Positions 24,751 through 36,100 of a stretch of 64,000 bases of DNA are shown piece by piece (position 1 is the stretch's first letter; every line of letters begins with the position of its first letter). The stretch lies in contig JAYWIR010000016.1 of assembly GCA_036172245.1 (NCBI GenBank), forward strand, positions 2,852,001-2,916,000, given 5' to 3'. This DNA is from Raillietiella orientalis. Taxonomy: Eukaryota. A program made the translations under genes and the position numbers. The notes beneath the pieces were generated by a model. It searched no databases. It was not told the origin of the DNA and saw only the letters and a program-made list of their open reading frames with translations.

Positions 24751-26599
24751 CGCTGCTGCTGCGTGACAGGGAGAGCAGTATCGGGTTACATAGTTTCGGC
24801 TTTTCCCGATTCGGGAACCCGTTGTGGTCTGGAATCATGGCGGGGAGAGACGGTCACCAGCAGCATCCCTCCCGTTTGAGAGGAGAGGCTGTGGGTAGGC
24901 GCTGGTCGGGAGCCTCTCCCCCCAGATAGGATGTATCCGTGATGCGGGGAAGGGAGCGTTCCCGGGATGCGCGTTCTTCCCGCCGTAGGACGGTCGCGAC
25001 GCTCGTGACGCGTTTCGTGCCACCCACGCGATCTCTCCCGGACCGTCACGCGTGCCTTCGGCTCACAACGCCGCCTTCCCACGGCGCGCAACGGGAACGC
25101 GGAAGGAACAAGAGTTCTTCTCGCTGGAGGCAGAACCTCGCGAAGTGGTGGTGGATGACCGACAAGGTTCCCTCCGTCTCGCTCGGACTGGAAACCGACG
25201 GGAAACAAACCCGTTCGTTGTTCCTGGATGGCGGGAGGGGGGAATCGAAGGAGGGAGGGAGGATGCCGCAGAACTTGGCGAAGGCATTCCGCCGGGGCCG
25301 GAAGAGCCGAAGGCGCTTAGACTGCAAGAATGTCCAGTGTGGTCCGGTTCTCTGTCCCGATTCGGACAGAGCACCGGACGGTCCAGTGGTGTGCGAGACG
25401 CGAGTCTGAGGACCTGAGACTCGTGGCGCGGTCTCCTGGTCACCAGGACGGACGGCCTCCGCGCAGAAGGGAAGTCAGAGACGACGAGAAGATCCAGAAA
25501 CACCCATCTCCCGAGGAGTAGACGACAGCAGGAGCCCTCGTGGATCAACGGGTTCCTGGGCGCAGGGTAAAGGAGATGGGCGGGAACACCGAGAGATGCA
25601 TTGCGCACTCTCCAGAAGACGCTCCGCTCCCCGCATCCCCCCTCCTCATCAGGGCAGGAGAGAGTACGTGAGGATTCTGCTTTGCAGGAAGATGGTAGCC
25701 GGAGGGAATCGACCCCTGTCGCTCAAGACAGCTCATTGCGAGACCGTCGATTGCTTTCACCTGCCGCTTCTGCCACCCCCACCCCCATCCGTGCCCTCTT
25801 CTTAGATTGACCGGTTTCCAGTGGACGCTGCTTCGGTCGCGGTCCAGCTGGATCTCCCAATCCCGGACTTGGGATGGTGACCGTAACCATTCGGGTCTCC
25901 AGGGGAAAAATTCTGCTGCTGTCCCATCTCTTTCTCTCCCGAAGCCGCTGGGATCCGTTTGAGCACCAGCGGTTTTGCTCCACAGCTTCCTCGAGTGGAG
26001 ACCTCTTCCCTCTCTCCCCCTTTTCACCCCCGGTCCTTTCTTGCAATCTTCCTGGACGCTCCACGAAGCGTCCTCGACGGTTTCCTCCCGTAGATGGGAT
26101 GTGCCCGCATGCGCATGCTCAAAAGTCGCGAAGAGTCTAAGACGAGTGCGGCCTTCGAAGCACCCTGGGCAGTCCTGTCGCTCTTCCCTTGCGTACACGC
26201 CGGCTTGCGGAAGCGCGTGTACTCTCTCTCTTGACTCCTGGCCTTTAGGAGGAGGAAGTGGGGGTGGAACACTAGGGATCCTCGCCTATTTTCTCTCTGT
26301 GCGCTTCGAACGGAGATGATTCACCTTTCTGTCATGCGCTTTCGCTGCTGCTGGGCGTTCCCATCCCGAGCTCGTCACGCTCTCTCTCCACGCGCCTCCT
26401 CCACTGTTTTATCGAAAGAGGGGAGGGAGGAAGGGGGAGGAAGGGGAGGAACGAAGAGGCACCTCAGACGCTTCGGGAAGGTGTCTTCATATCAGGGTCA
26501 GACGTTCCTGTGACGTGTATGTGTGACTGCCGGCGATAGTCGCGATTGCCCATCTGTTGCTACCGTCCGTTTGCTTCGAGAAGGAACAGTCTCCTTCGG

Positions 26600-27320
26600 G
26601 GAAGAGGTGAGCACGGGATGGGGGACGGAAGGTGGAAGATGGGGAAGGGAAGGGCACATAGAGCAACTTTCTGTTGGTGCCTTGGCGCATCCACCACCCT
26701 TGCAGGGGGTCTTGAAGAGGTACTTCTCGACGTTGCTGTGATGCCCACCCCCTTCCCACGAGTGCAGAAAGCAGGGAAAGGAAAGGACGGAGGCGGGACA
26801 GGGGGAGAAAAAGGGGTGACGTGGCCCCTGGTCGCATGGACCCAGTTTGCGCCTACACGAGGAGTCCGGGTTTCGGAAACGAAACGGTAGTAGGAGAGGA
26901 GGGGAGAGGATCCAATCGATCATCAGGTCACCAATGCTATCGGTCCACGGCCTCCCGTCAACGAATGGTTTCCCTTGCAGACCTTCAGCCCGTTGAGGAC
27001 CAACCATTCTTGGAGTAGCAACGAATGGTCTGTTTCCTTCCGGGGCATTAGGTGTTGAACGTAGATATTGTCATTTCCGCCAGTGTTTCCAGTTTCTTTT
27101 ATTGCGTTCATCCTTTAGATGATGACAATCCTCATGGCCCCATAATAACTATTGAAGATTGAAGCGTTGGCAACGAGCCATGACCCACTAACCCTACAGG
27201 CCCAACCACTTTCCAGGAACTCGATGCTTTTCTAAGCGAACCGTGCGTGCAGTCATGTTTAGTAAATCATCTGTGGTGCTTTCGTCACCGACGGACATCG
27301 CGCTGCCCTTCCGTTTCCAC
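26600..27320. mobile_element. Decayed ISL2EU-like element: YqaJ remnant (+) tail-to-tail with transposase remnant (-)
   Basis: Minus: LHARFA*KSIEFLESG, WVMARCQRFNLQ*LL (VMADRGFNIQDLL-like) and NDNIYVQHLMPRK (N.RIHVER.I.R.K-like). Plus: WCLGASTTLAGGLEEVLLDV (WLGASPDG..LLEI-like) and SGHQCYR. Confidence 0.5.
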
Positions 27321-28719
27321 GGCCGACGTGCCTTGGGGGAGGGAGGAGAGAGACTCTGCGAGTGACAACGAGTCACCGGGAAGAACTGAGAAGAGCAGGC
27401 CCGCTCGCTTCCGCGTTTCCTGGTGAGCTGCTGATCTCCCAAAGATGCGGGGGCTCCGCTCGAGGTCATCATCACAATCTGTGATCGCCCGCGGCTCAAA
27501 CGACGTGCGTGGGAAAAAGTGGAACACGTGTGTTGCTGCTGCTGCCGTCGCCGCAGCCCCTCATGAGACATTCAGTCCGGCTGCGTTCGTGGTCCGGCGA
27601 CAGCAAAGACTCTTCTTTGAGCGTTCCTTCTGACCATGCTCGCAGTTTTTCGGTCCACTCTCGTGCCCGCTTCTCAGCATATCTTCCTTTTGGTTCGTTT
27701 CACTGTTCACAGCATCGGAAACGCCCACGTCGCTGGCACGGAACAAGAAGGAAAGAAGGTGCGGCCTGGGACGCCGGAGAATCACTCGGAGTCGAAAGGT
27801 GCTTGGGTCAGTTTGGATGAGAAACCCTAGAGAGCGCTGCAAATGGCAAAGGACCTTCAGTATCCTCACGAATGATCCACTTGGAAAGACCACCATTACC
27901 ACTACCACCGCCAGCAGCAGCACATTCTTGCTTTTCTGGGAGCTCTTCCAGAGAGAAGCAGCTCCCCGAAAAGAGTTCCGGTTCCCCGAAAGCTAGTAGG
28001 CACCAGAGTTGTGTGCCCGCTGCGCGTCCGGTGCACATTGGATGCGGAGTCTCCGTTCCCGTGCAACGTCCTGCGGACCCGTCTGGAGTATCGTGATGTT
28101 TTGTACGCGTCTCATGAATTTTCTTCCACGCTGGAGTGCTGCTACGGGGGTCCCTTGGCAGACATTGACAGACTCGGAACGCATGCCATGCAGCAAGGCG
28201 CCTTTATGGAACAAGAGTAGTTGTCGGTTGCCCTGTAGCATGTTTTTTTTCCCTTCTTTTTTCTCCCCCTCCTCCTTCTGCTCTCCCTCTTGTGGGTTCC
28301 TCTTGGTCCATGCTGCCCTCTCTTTTTCGCCTCGTAATTGAGGAACGCCTTCGAAGGTTTACCTGTCACGGCTGTCACTGCTAAAGTGTCTTTCCACTCG
28401 TATTATCCTCGTTGGCATCTCACGTTTGGGACATCCGCCCTCCCCAACTCGCCCACCGGACGATTTTCTCCCATGAGAAGAAACGGGGCGAAAGAACACG
28501 CAATTCTTCGATCCTGCAGAGAGAAAGGGAACAACCACAGGGAAGCATGCGTGCGTTGGGTGGATTCTGCATTACGTGCGGTGTCCGCTGTCTTGTCACG
28601 GAAAAGCGAAAGGTCCTGCAGCGTGACAGCCCGCAAAAGAATGAAAGACGCGTTCCAGAGAGTCACAGAATCTCCCCTGCACCGTGAGACTCATTTACCC
28701 ACCTCCCGCTTCCTCTGAT

Positions 28720-29800
28720 TTCTTCATCAATCGTATGGTTCACTAACGCAGCACCCGATAAGCAGCTTCTTCTGCGAATCTGCGAACTCCCCTTTCCTGC
28801 GCACTGACTGACCATCATCGGTGCTTGCGCGAGTCCCGATCTTCCCCATAGAAACCGCACTCTTCTACGAACCCTTGTGAACACCAACCAAGTGTGAAGA
28901 GTGCGCTCATGCATTTTTCTTCGGAGGCTGCCGCATGGACTCCAAAGACGGTCATGATCTGAGCTTTCTAAGGCTAGCAGCTCAGGTCACGCAGAAAAAT
29001 GTCTGGAAACAACGAGAATGGCAGTTGGTAGCAAAACGTCGCCGATGAAGGATATATCCGCGCCCCTGCGCGAAATCCTCGAAAGCTGGAAAGTTCTCTC
29101 GTGCCTGGCTCGGAGTTCCAAACTTGACCCTAGTCGGCGCCAGTCAGATGCTCAGCATGTTGGAAAGTGCTCAGGTTTCCTCTACATTCTTCCTTCCACG
29201 ATCACACGTAGCATGCACAAGTAGTTCCTCGTTACCCTGCTCAGTTTCGCCTGCATCCCGGGATTGCACTGCCTGTCCACCACTCGGAACCCGCAGTCAC
29301 TAGGAAAGACTCGTTTTATTCCCCAGGGTCTCTTTTCCGTTTTGTCCTGCTCCCCACGCTGCTCAACTAAAAATCTGCTTCTGCTACCAGTCACCCGAGA
29401 GCCAGAAACACATCTAGGCCGAGAGAGGCACGTGGCCTGTCGCCGTGCTTCCTTGAGCAACTTCGGAACAGGCGCCTCCACTAGTAAGAAGCGCGAGACG
29501 TGCTTATGGGACTCCTGCATCCCCTGTCCCTTTCCTCTCTCCCTCTTTCTCCTTCCTTTGTGCCGGTAGAGAAAGAAGTTCCCATTTTGTGTGTATCTGC
29601 AGCCGAAGCGGTTAACGCTTATCACATCCCGTCGGATTTGCGCGAAAGAGCTGCCTTACGAAGAAACTTTTTTCGTGTCGTCTTATTCGACCGAACCTCA
29701 GTTCCTCTCTGGACCACCTACCCGAAGGCAACAGAGCGCCTCTTTTCCTTGGCCTCTGTTCCTCCTTTCTGCCGTCTTCGCTGAACTTTTTGAGTGAACC
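28720..29800. mobile_element. Decayed ISL2EU-like element: transposase (+, about 28720-29400) tail-to-tail with YqaJ tail (-, about 29500-29800)
   Basis: Plus: DKQLLLRICEL, GCRMDSKDGHDL, RRQSDAQHVGKCSGFLYILPS (GR.SD...SGFL..LP-like) and LGKTRFIPQG. Minus: HEKSFFV..DKR*PLRLQIH and YTQNGNFFLYRHKG (CDFF.YT.KG-like). Confidence 0.55.
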
Positions 29801-30799
29801 TACCAATTGAGCCCTTATTTTCTCCCAAAGGACCCCTCAGCCAGAATTAGAGCTCAGTTCATGTCTATTTTTTTTTCCCCATTCCGTGTATCCAGACATC
29901 TCTACTCTAGAACTAGAATGGGAAGGGATGGATAATATTATACAGGAGCAGAAAAGAAGCGTGATTGCTCAGCAAGAGTGAAGAAGACTCTCATTGTCCG
30001 GAGTTCTTTGAGGCATGAGGGTTCTGCGGTTCACTGCAGAATTCCGGGTTTCTCAGAGTTTCCGTTGCCAAGGATCTCTTGTCTCCGTTCTGGTTACCAG
30101 TTTGCTCCGAGGAGAAGAACGTCCTGTCCTTCTGTCAAGCAGATTTGGGGAACACGAATCTCGAAACTTGTGGGCGGGTGTGCGTGCCTTTCACATGTGG
30201 TAGAACAACCTCCTCAAACGGCGCTCACCTTCGCGTGGAGGGTGCACCTTGCAGCCTGCGCTGAAGACGGCAGCATCCTCACGGATTCGTGTGCGGAAGC
30301 ATCCTTGGGAACTGCGACCGGCGCCTTCAAGCGGGCGCCAACTGTTAAGTGGCCACAGAAACCGGAGAGAGACTCCAATTATCCCGACGTTCCTTGTAGC
30401 CAAGATTAATGAATGGACGATTGAGTTGCGCTCGGCGAAGCGACAGATCAAAGCTTCGCTGAGACGAAAAATCGCTTTGCTCCAGCCGACTTCTTTTCCG
30501 AATGAAAGACCTCTTTTTCTCGCATCCAGGGCTGCCGCGCAAACCAACGTGATCTCTTTGATACCCGTGATTATCTGAAGATCCTTGCGGCTTTCGTGTT
30601 TTTATTTTCTTTATTTTTTTTTTTTTCCTTTTCGTCTTACCTTTTTTTCATCCATCTCCCCTCCTCTTCCTGTCTATCGCTTCCTTTAATTGCGGCGGTG
30701 ATTTTCTACCTTGGCCAGATCGCGTTTGAAATGACCAGGATTGTCACTCGCTTGCAAAAACAAGCTCCCGTTGCTTGACAACAGGAACGTCACACCCCT

Positions 30800-31300
30800 C
30801 GCTTCTAGGCAGCAGTGGCTGCATCAGAAAAAAAATATGTCCTAATCTCACTGGGAGTAGTATTGAGAGGGTTTGCAATGAGAATCAGGGGACCGAGTCT
30901 TTTTCATCTGCTCATTCCGGTCCACTAGACCTTGAAGGCAGCATTCATCTCAGACTTCTCCCAAGAGCGAAGGGGTCAAGTTCCATCGCGATTGTTTGTG
31001 AAGACAGTAAGCCGTGGCAACGAAGATTTTTTTCGCATTCCTTCCGCGATGCCAGGAAACATGCCAAACGGGACGTCCGAGCATTCCCCGGAAGGTTTCG
31101 TTTTACGTCAAGATGGCTTCCCTTCATGTTTCAGAGTGGCGCTCTCGAGGGAGGCTTAAAAGGTTGGCGAGTCTGTTTGAAAATGAGGGTGCTGGCTCCT
31201 CGACCGCAGTAACCCCATAAGAGCAATGGAAGCGCGCGGGGTGGCGAGATCTGAAACTACCGAAACTGCCAGATGTCCTGCTGCTCTGCACCGAGCGAGA
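30800..31300 (+). mobile_element. Decayed ISL2EU-type transposase fragment just upstream of LIM gene A
   Basis: ESFSSAHS...SKPWQRRFFS (SKAWGGR.SD-like) and PEGFVLRQDGF (PGD.VLADRGF-like). Confidence 0.45.
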
Positions 31301-31531
31301 TCGAGTGTCTGACAGCGAAGCTGCGCCTTGACCCCATCGAGCCGGTTTTGCGTTCAGGCAGCGAAATTTCGTAGTTTCTCTTTACCGGACCGTTGTGATT
31401 CTTACCGTGGAGTAGCGGATAGCGATTTGACAATACCCGGAGGTAGGAAATCCACCTTCCCTACTAACCCACTGTTCCACCAGGAATCCAGTAGGCAGGA
31501 ACCCCTGCTTCTTTATGGGCGTCATTTGAAA

Positions 31532-32306
31532 ATGGGAACGAAAGTCTGCCATGGGTGCCAGAAGCAGATCGTCGGGAAGGTAGGGAGCAGTGGTGGGAGG
31601 GAGCATTCCTGATCCACACGTCGCAGATCATCATGGCGATGGGCAAGACATGGCATCCGGACCACTTCAAGTGCTCGCACTGCCATCGGTGCATCGAGGG
31701 CAGCAGCTTCTTCGAGAGCGAAGGACAACCCTACTGCGAGCGGGACTACGGCAAGCTGTTCGCCTCCGTGTGCGCCCACTGCAACAAGCCCGTCATCGGA
31801 GTAAGTGAGTATCTCCGCTTCGTTTATACCCTCGTTTTCAAGGAGAGCGTTGTTGCCTTGGGCCGCAGCTGGCACCCCGAGCACTTCCTCTGCGCCCACT
31901 GCAAGACTCCCATTCGCGGTCAAAACTTCATGACCGAAGCGGGTCGGATCTACTGCCCTGCGGACTACAGGCAGCTGTTCGCGCCCCGGTGCGGTGGCTG
32001 CGGCAAGCCAGTCACAGGCCAGTCCATCCTGGCGCTCGAAAAGCAGTGGCACAGCGAGTGCTTCGTCTGCCAGGTACGTCTCTTTGCTGCGAGGACTGGC
32101 CGTCATCTGCTCCCGCCCACGCCAGTCGTGCAACACGCCTTTCGAAACGGGGACCTTCTACAAGTCCGATGGGGAGTTGCTGTGCGGCGTCTGCGTCAAC
32201 CCGAAAGGTGAGAACCGGGGCGAGGACTCGGGAGGGCCGCCGCGGGCTTCTCTGTCGTGCGCTAAAAGTTGCTGGGCCATCAACCGTGCGCGTCGCCATG
32301 CCGTGA
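31532..32306 (+). CDS. Paxillin/leupaxin-type LIM-only protein A, 3 LIM domains (exons 31532-31579, 31627-31800, 31843-32073, 32126-32207, probable 32269-32306; about 190 aa)
   Basis: MGTKVCHGCQKQIVGK|IIMAMGKTWHPDHFKCSHC...YCERDY..CAHC..|..WHPEHFLCAHC..YCPADY..CGGC..WHSECFVCQ|SC..LLCGVC. Introns are 47, 42, 52 and 61 nt, all GT-AG. A 41-nt 5' UTR intron (31443-31483) contains TACTAAC. Confidence 0.92.
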
Positions 32307-32499
32307 CGCCTTCACCGTCGTCGCCCGGACACTCCCCGCCTCCGTTCCGACTATCTGTTTACCGGCTTTTGACGGATAACATATGACCCTCTTGCACAAT
32401 CCTCAGTCCAGGACGGGAAGGATGGTAGCAAGACAGGAAGACACTGTCCTCCCATTTCCGTGTTGCACAGCGATCCCTTCCTTTCCTCTTCCTCCGTTA

Positions 32500-33000
32500 G
32501 CTGCCCCCTTTGTCGGTTGCTTTGACACGCGGCAGAAGAAACGAAACTCATCCTGATCTGCTTCCCACCGTGCTCGGGCGGTACGCTACAAGACTTCCGC
32601 CCTCTCAGACGCTATCGGGAGCAGTCGTTGCTACTTGACGGGCTCTTCCACTACTTCTTTCCTTCCTCCTTTGAAGCCTCGCCAGCAGAAGAACAGAAAA
32701 TGCAGCAGCCAAGCGGCAGCCATTTCCTTGGTAGGTAAACCCCTTCCTGGGAACACGGTGGATCGCATGAACATGTGCCCTTCGGATCGCGTGACCTGCG
32801 ATCACCGGCAGGCGAAGGACGTCGAATGGAAGGAGGTGGAGATGCCAGTCACGTCCTTCCTTGCTCCGTTCCAGCGCGCTCGTCACCGGGTGTTTGTACT
32901 GCGGCGTTGACCTTAAGGGGGTTCTTTTCGGCGCGGAAAGCGGTCGCGGAACCGCCGAGCACTGTCGAGCCGTTTCATCAGTTCGCGAGGAGGCAAGGGA
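32500..33000 (+). mobile_element. Decayed ISL2EU-type transposase fragment
   Basis: QAAAISLVGKPLPGNTVDR resembles PSGAISFVSK.YPGS.SDR, and RKAVAEPPSTVEP resembles RKIA..RIHVER. Confidence 0.45.
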
Positions 33001-33046
33001 AGAGATAGGAGGGAAGGACCCGAAAAGCTGTGAGAGCGAAGGGCGA

Positions 33047-33092
33047 CGGGATCCTCTCGAAGGAGGACATACCCTCCTTCGAGAGGATCCCG
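33047..33092. repeat. Perfect 20-bp inverted repeat with a 6-nt loop
   Basis: CGGGATCCTCTCGAAGGAGG-acatac-CCTCCTTCGAGAGGATCCCG, read directly. Confidence 0.95.
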
Positions 33093-33599
33093 CCAGTGGC
33101 CCACACTGTTGGAACTGAAACAGCGGACACTCTTCGAACGCATCCCATCTGTTCATGGCTCATTTGATGCTGATTCAGATGGGCTGCTTTTCCGTGTAGG
33201 GCGGGACCGGGCGCGGCCACCACGAACTCCCGGAGGTGCAGCTATGGGTCCGCTCCCCTCGGCTGCGGAGTTCAGTTGCCTTGTCATACGGCGAAGACAA
33301 GTCGGGCTTCGACCGATCGCCCAGTCTTCCCTCTTGCAGACTTCCTTCCTGCCGAACGGAGCTTGGCAGCGGGTGGACCTTCGCGGGATGCGCATGCAGG
33401 GCGTTGGTTCTAGACGACTCCACATCCAGTCGGGATGATCAGGAAGCGAGAGGGAACGCTGCTCCACGCAATCGTTCATTTCTGACTTCCCTCTTCTTCC
33501 TCCTCCATGCCCTGCGCCATTCCCTTTCGGCTCCCTCCTTCTCCTGCTCTACCCGTATCCTGGCGTAATGAAGTGCCTAAATCTGCCGCCGATTCTGGC

Positions 33600-36100
33600 G
33601 GCAGGCGTCCCAGTTACCACCGTCTGCTGATTGTCCTCTCCCCCTCTTTTTCGAAACGCCTTCCTTCCACCGCCCGCTGTCTTTCGGCGCCTTCTTGGAA
33701 GGAGGACAGGAGGAACAGCGAGCATTTCCGGAAAGCATACGGACCAGGAGGAGCCTTCGGATGCCGTTTTTCTCGCAGCTCCACTTTCCTGCTTCCTCCT
33801 AGAGAGAGGAGCTCCGAAATCGTGGACCCATCTTTGCCTCTCGGATGTGCGGCTCTTGTGCTTCCCGGATCCCACGAGCCACCATCTGCGGTCCATATCC
33901 ATCAGCGGTGCTTAGGAAGAAGGGGAAACGATCGTGTCGTCTTCGTCTCTGCATGCCAATGGCGTGGGAAGAACCGGGAAGATCCGAAATGGAAGACGGA
34001 TGACGCGGGACGATCCACTCTGCTGCACTGGCTCCACCAGCTCCACCATTCCCGGTTCAGGAAGGACGCTAGGGAGAAGGGGAGTGAGCCTTTCGCGGGA
34101 GTGGTCCCTGTGTTCGAACAACTGTCCGCTCCCTCATCCCCGACAGCCGTTTCCCAGTTCCTTCTCCTCTCCCCCTTTCATGCGTGTGACCTGACCCTCC
34201 GGGAGTCGTGAACTTCTCGCTTTCCCTACGTTGAAGCGCTGAGACCCGGGGCAGAGGATGCGGGACCGGAAGACTTGCACAGGTGGCGTAAATTCACTCT
34301 GGGTCATGGTGTGATGCTCTTTCCGGGGAGCACCGGATGTGTTCCCGTTTCTGGTCCGGAGAGGGTGCATCCGCTGCTCGCTCAAATGCCTCTTCAGGCG
34401 CAAGGTCCCTCGTGGGAAGCTCGAGAAGGTTTCGAAATGCCCGCGGCTGTGGGATCGACCTCCCAAAAAGCATCTTGGAGCGCACGCACCGGTGAGCCAG
34501 TGAGCTCCGTAGGCCTCTGCCTTCGAGCCGCCCCTTCGACCTTGCACAGACGCGCGGCTTGCGCAAACTCTTTTCCCCCTGGAAACGAGTTGTTTCTTCA
34601 TGGGTACGCCCCCGTCCCTGGGGCTCGTCTTTTGACCCGCTTTCCTTCTAGCGTTCTCCACCTCGGCAGGGCCTTCCCGCCCGCCTTCTCAACTCCTCTT
34701 CTGAGCTAAGCGCCACCTCTTTTTCGATGCCACTGCCGTTGCTGCCAGAGGGCTTGCGCGGCAACCCTCATCGGAAAGCAGGGGAGGATGCGGGAGAGCC
34801 GCGAAAAGTGGCCCTCCATGGTCCTCGCAGGTTCTCTACGGGAAGGGTCTCGCCTTTCAAGGAGGCATTCGCTGACCTTCCGATCTCCGGGTTTCCCACG
34901 GCCGGTTTTTCCTACGGCCGACCGAGTCGTTTCTTCCGAAAAAAAACGTAAGATGTATCATTCCTTCCTCTCCTTTTCTTCTGTGTCCCACATCTCCTCC
35001 CTCCCCTCCCCCTATCCTTGTTCCTCCTCCCCGTTCCCAGCTATGGAACAGGGGAAAAGGGAGCAACAGATTCCGATACAAATAGAAGACCAGCGTGCGG
35101 ACTGCTGTTCTTCGGCTCCGCTGCTCGTGCAGCCGATGTCCTGCAGCTCGGGAACCGTGGCATGTTGAACGTGGTTATTCCGGAAGGGAAAGAATGCGGT
35201 CTATCGCGGGTTCCCGAGAAAGTTAGTCGTGGAGCCACTGCCGATGATGCACTTGGGCCGCCGGACCGCCTTGCCCGTGCCCCTGCCCTTTCTCAACCGG
35301 TCCGTCCGCCTCCTGGGCCCATCCGTTGGTTTTCTCTTCCTCTGAGGCGCCGCTCAACTAAACCATCAGTCAGGCTTGGACTGTAAAGGGGACGAGGGAG
35401 GGCAGCAAGGTTCTCGCGCCACTGGCAGAGGGCACTGACCTCCCCCTCTCACGGCCACACCTGACGGCGCGGAAAAGTTGCTATTGGTTGGGTGGAGGAG
35501 GAGCCGAAGGGTGGGCGGCACCCTCGGCTCCCCTCCTTGAGTTCCCTCCGCCGACTGGGCTGGAAGCCCTCCTGGGCGCGCGTGAGAAGAGACGCGTGAC
35601 GGGGAGATGAGCGAAGGGAGACGAATCCTCCCTCAGCTCCCTCACTCCTGACGGGGACGACGAACAATCCGCCGTCACGCGAAGTTGAGAGCCTTGGGCT
35701 TGGGCTTCGCGTAATGTGGGGGAGGGGGTGCACAGCCGAGTCCCGGAAGCCGTTCTCCTCCTGGTTGTGCGCACGCTTCCCGGCTGGGCGGGAGGACTCG
35801 GCTCGTAGTGGCATTGGTGCTGGAGTTCGCTGGAGGCGGGTGGAAGTTGCATTGGTGCTGGAGAACGAAGGTCTACCACTCCGCAAGCAGCGTTGCGGAA
35901 AATCCATGGCATCGAGCGAGACCTGGGATGGCTGTCCGTCTCTGTTGAGATGCGCATCTCAGGAGTCGATAGGAAACAACAGCTGCGCGCCTGTGGAAGT
36001 CAGCTTTTGGAGGCAGCTTCCAGGAGACTTCAGTCTCCTTTCTCTCCATCTCGTCAGACCGTGTTCAGGAGAGTCCTGGAGGAAGAGGAAGGAAAGATCT
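33600..36100. mobile_element. Cluster of three decayed ISL2EU-type transposase fragments (+ about 33600-34200; + about 35050-35300; - about 35450-36100)
   Basis: LGRRGNDRVVFVSACQWRGK and EQLSAPSS; GSAARAADVLQLGNRGMLNVVIPEG..EKVSRGATAD; PQRCLRSGRPSFSSTNATSTRLQRTP (IIDATE..IQRP-like). Confidence 0.4.
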
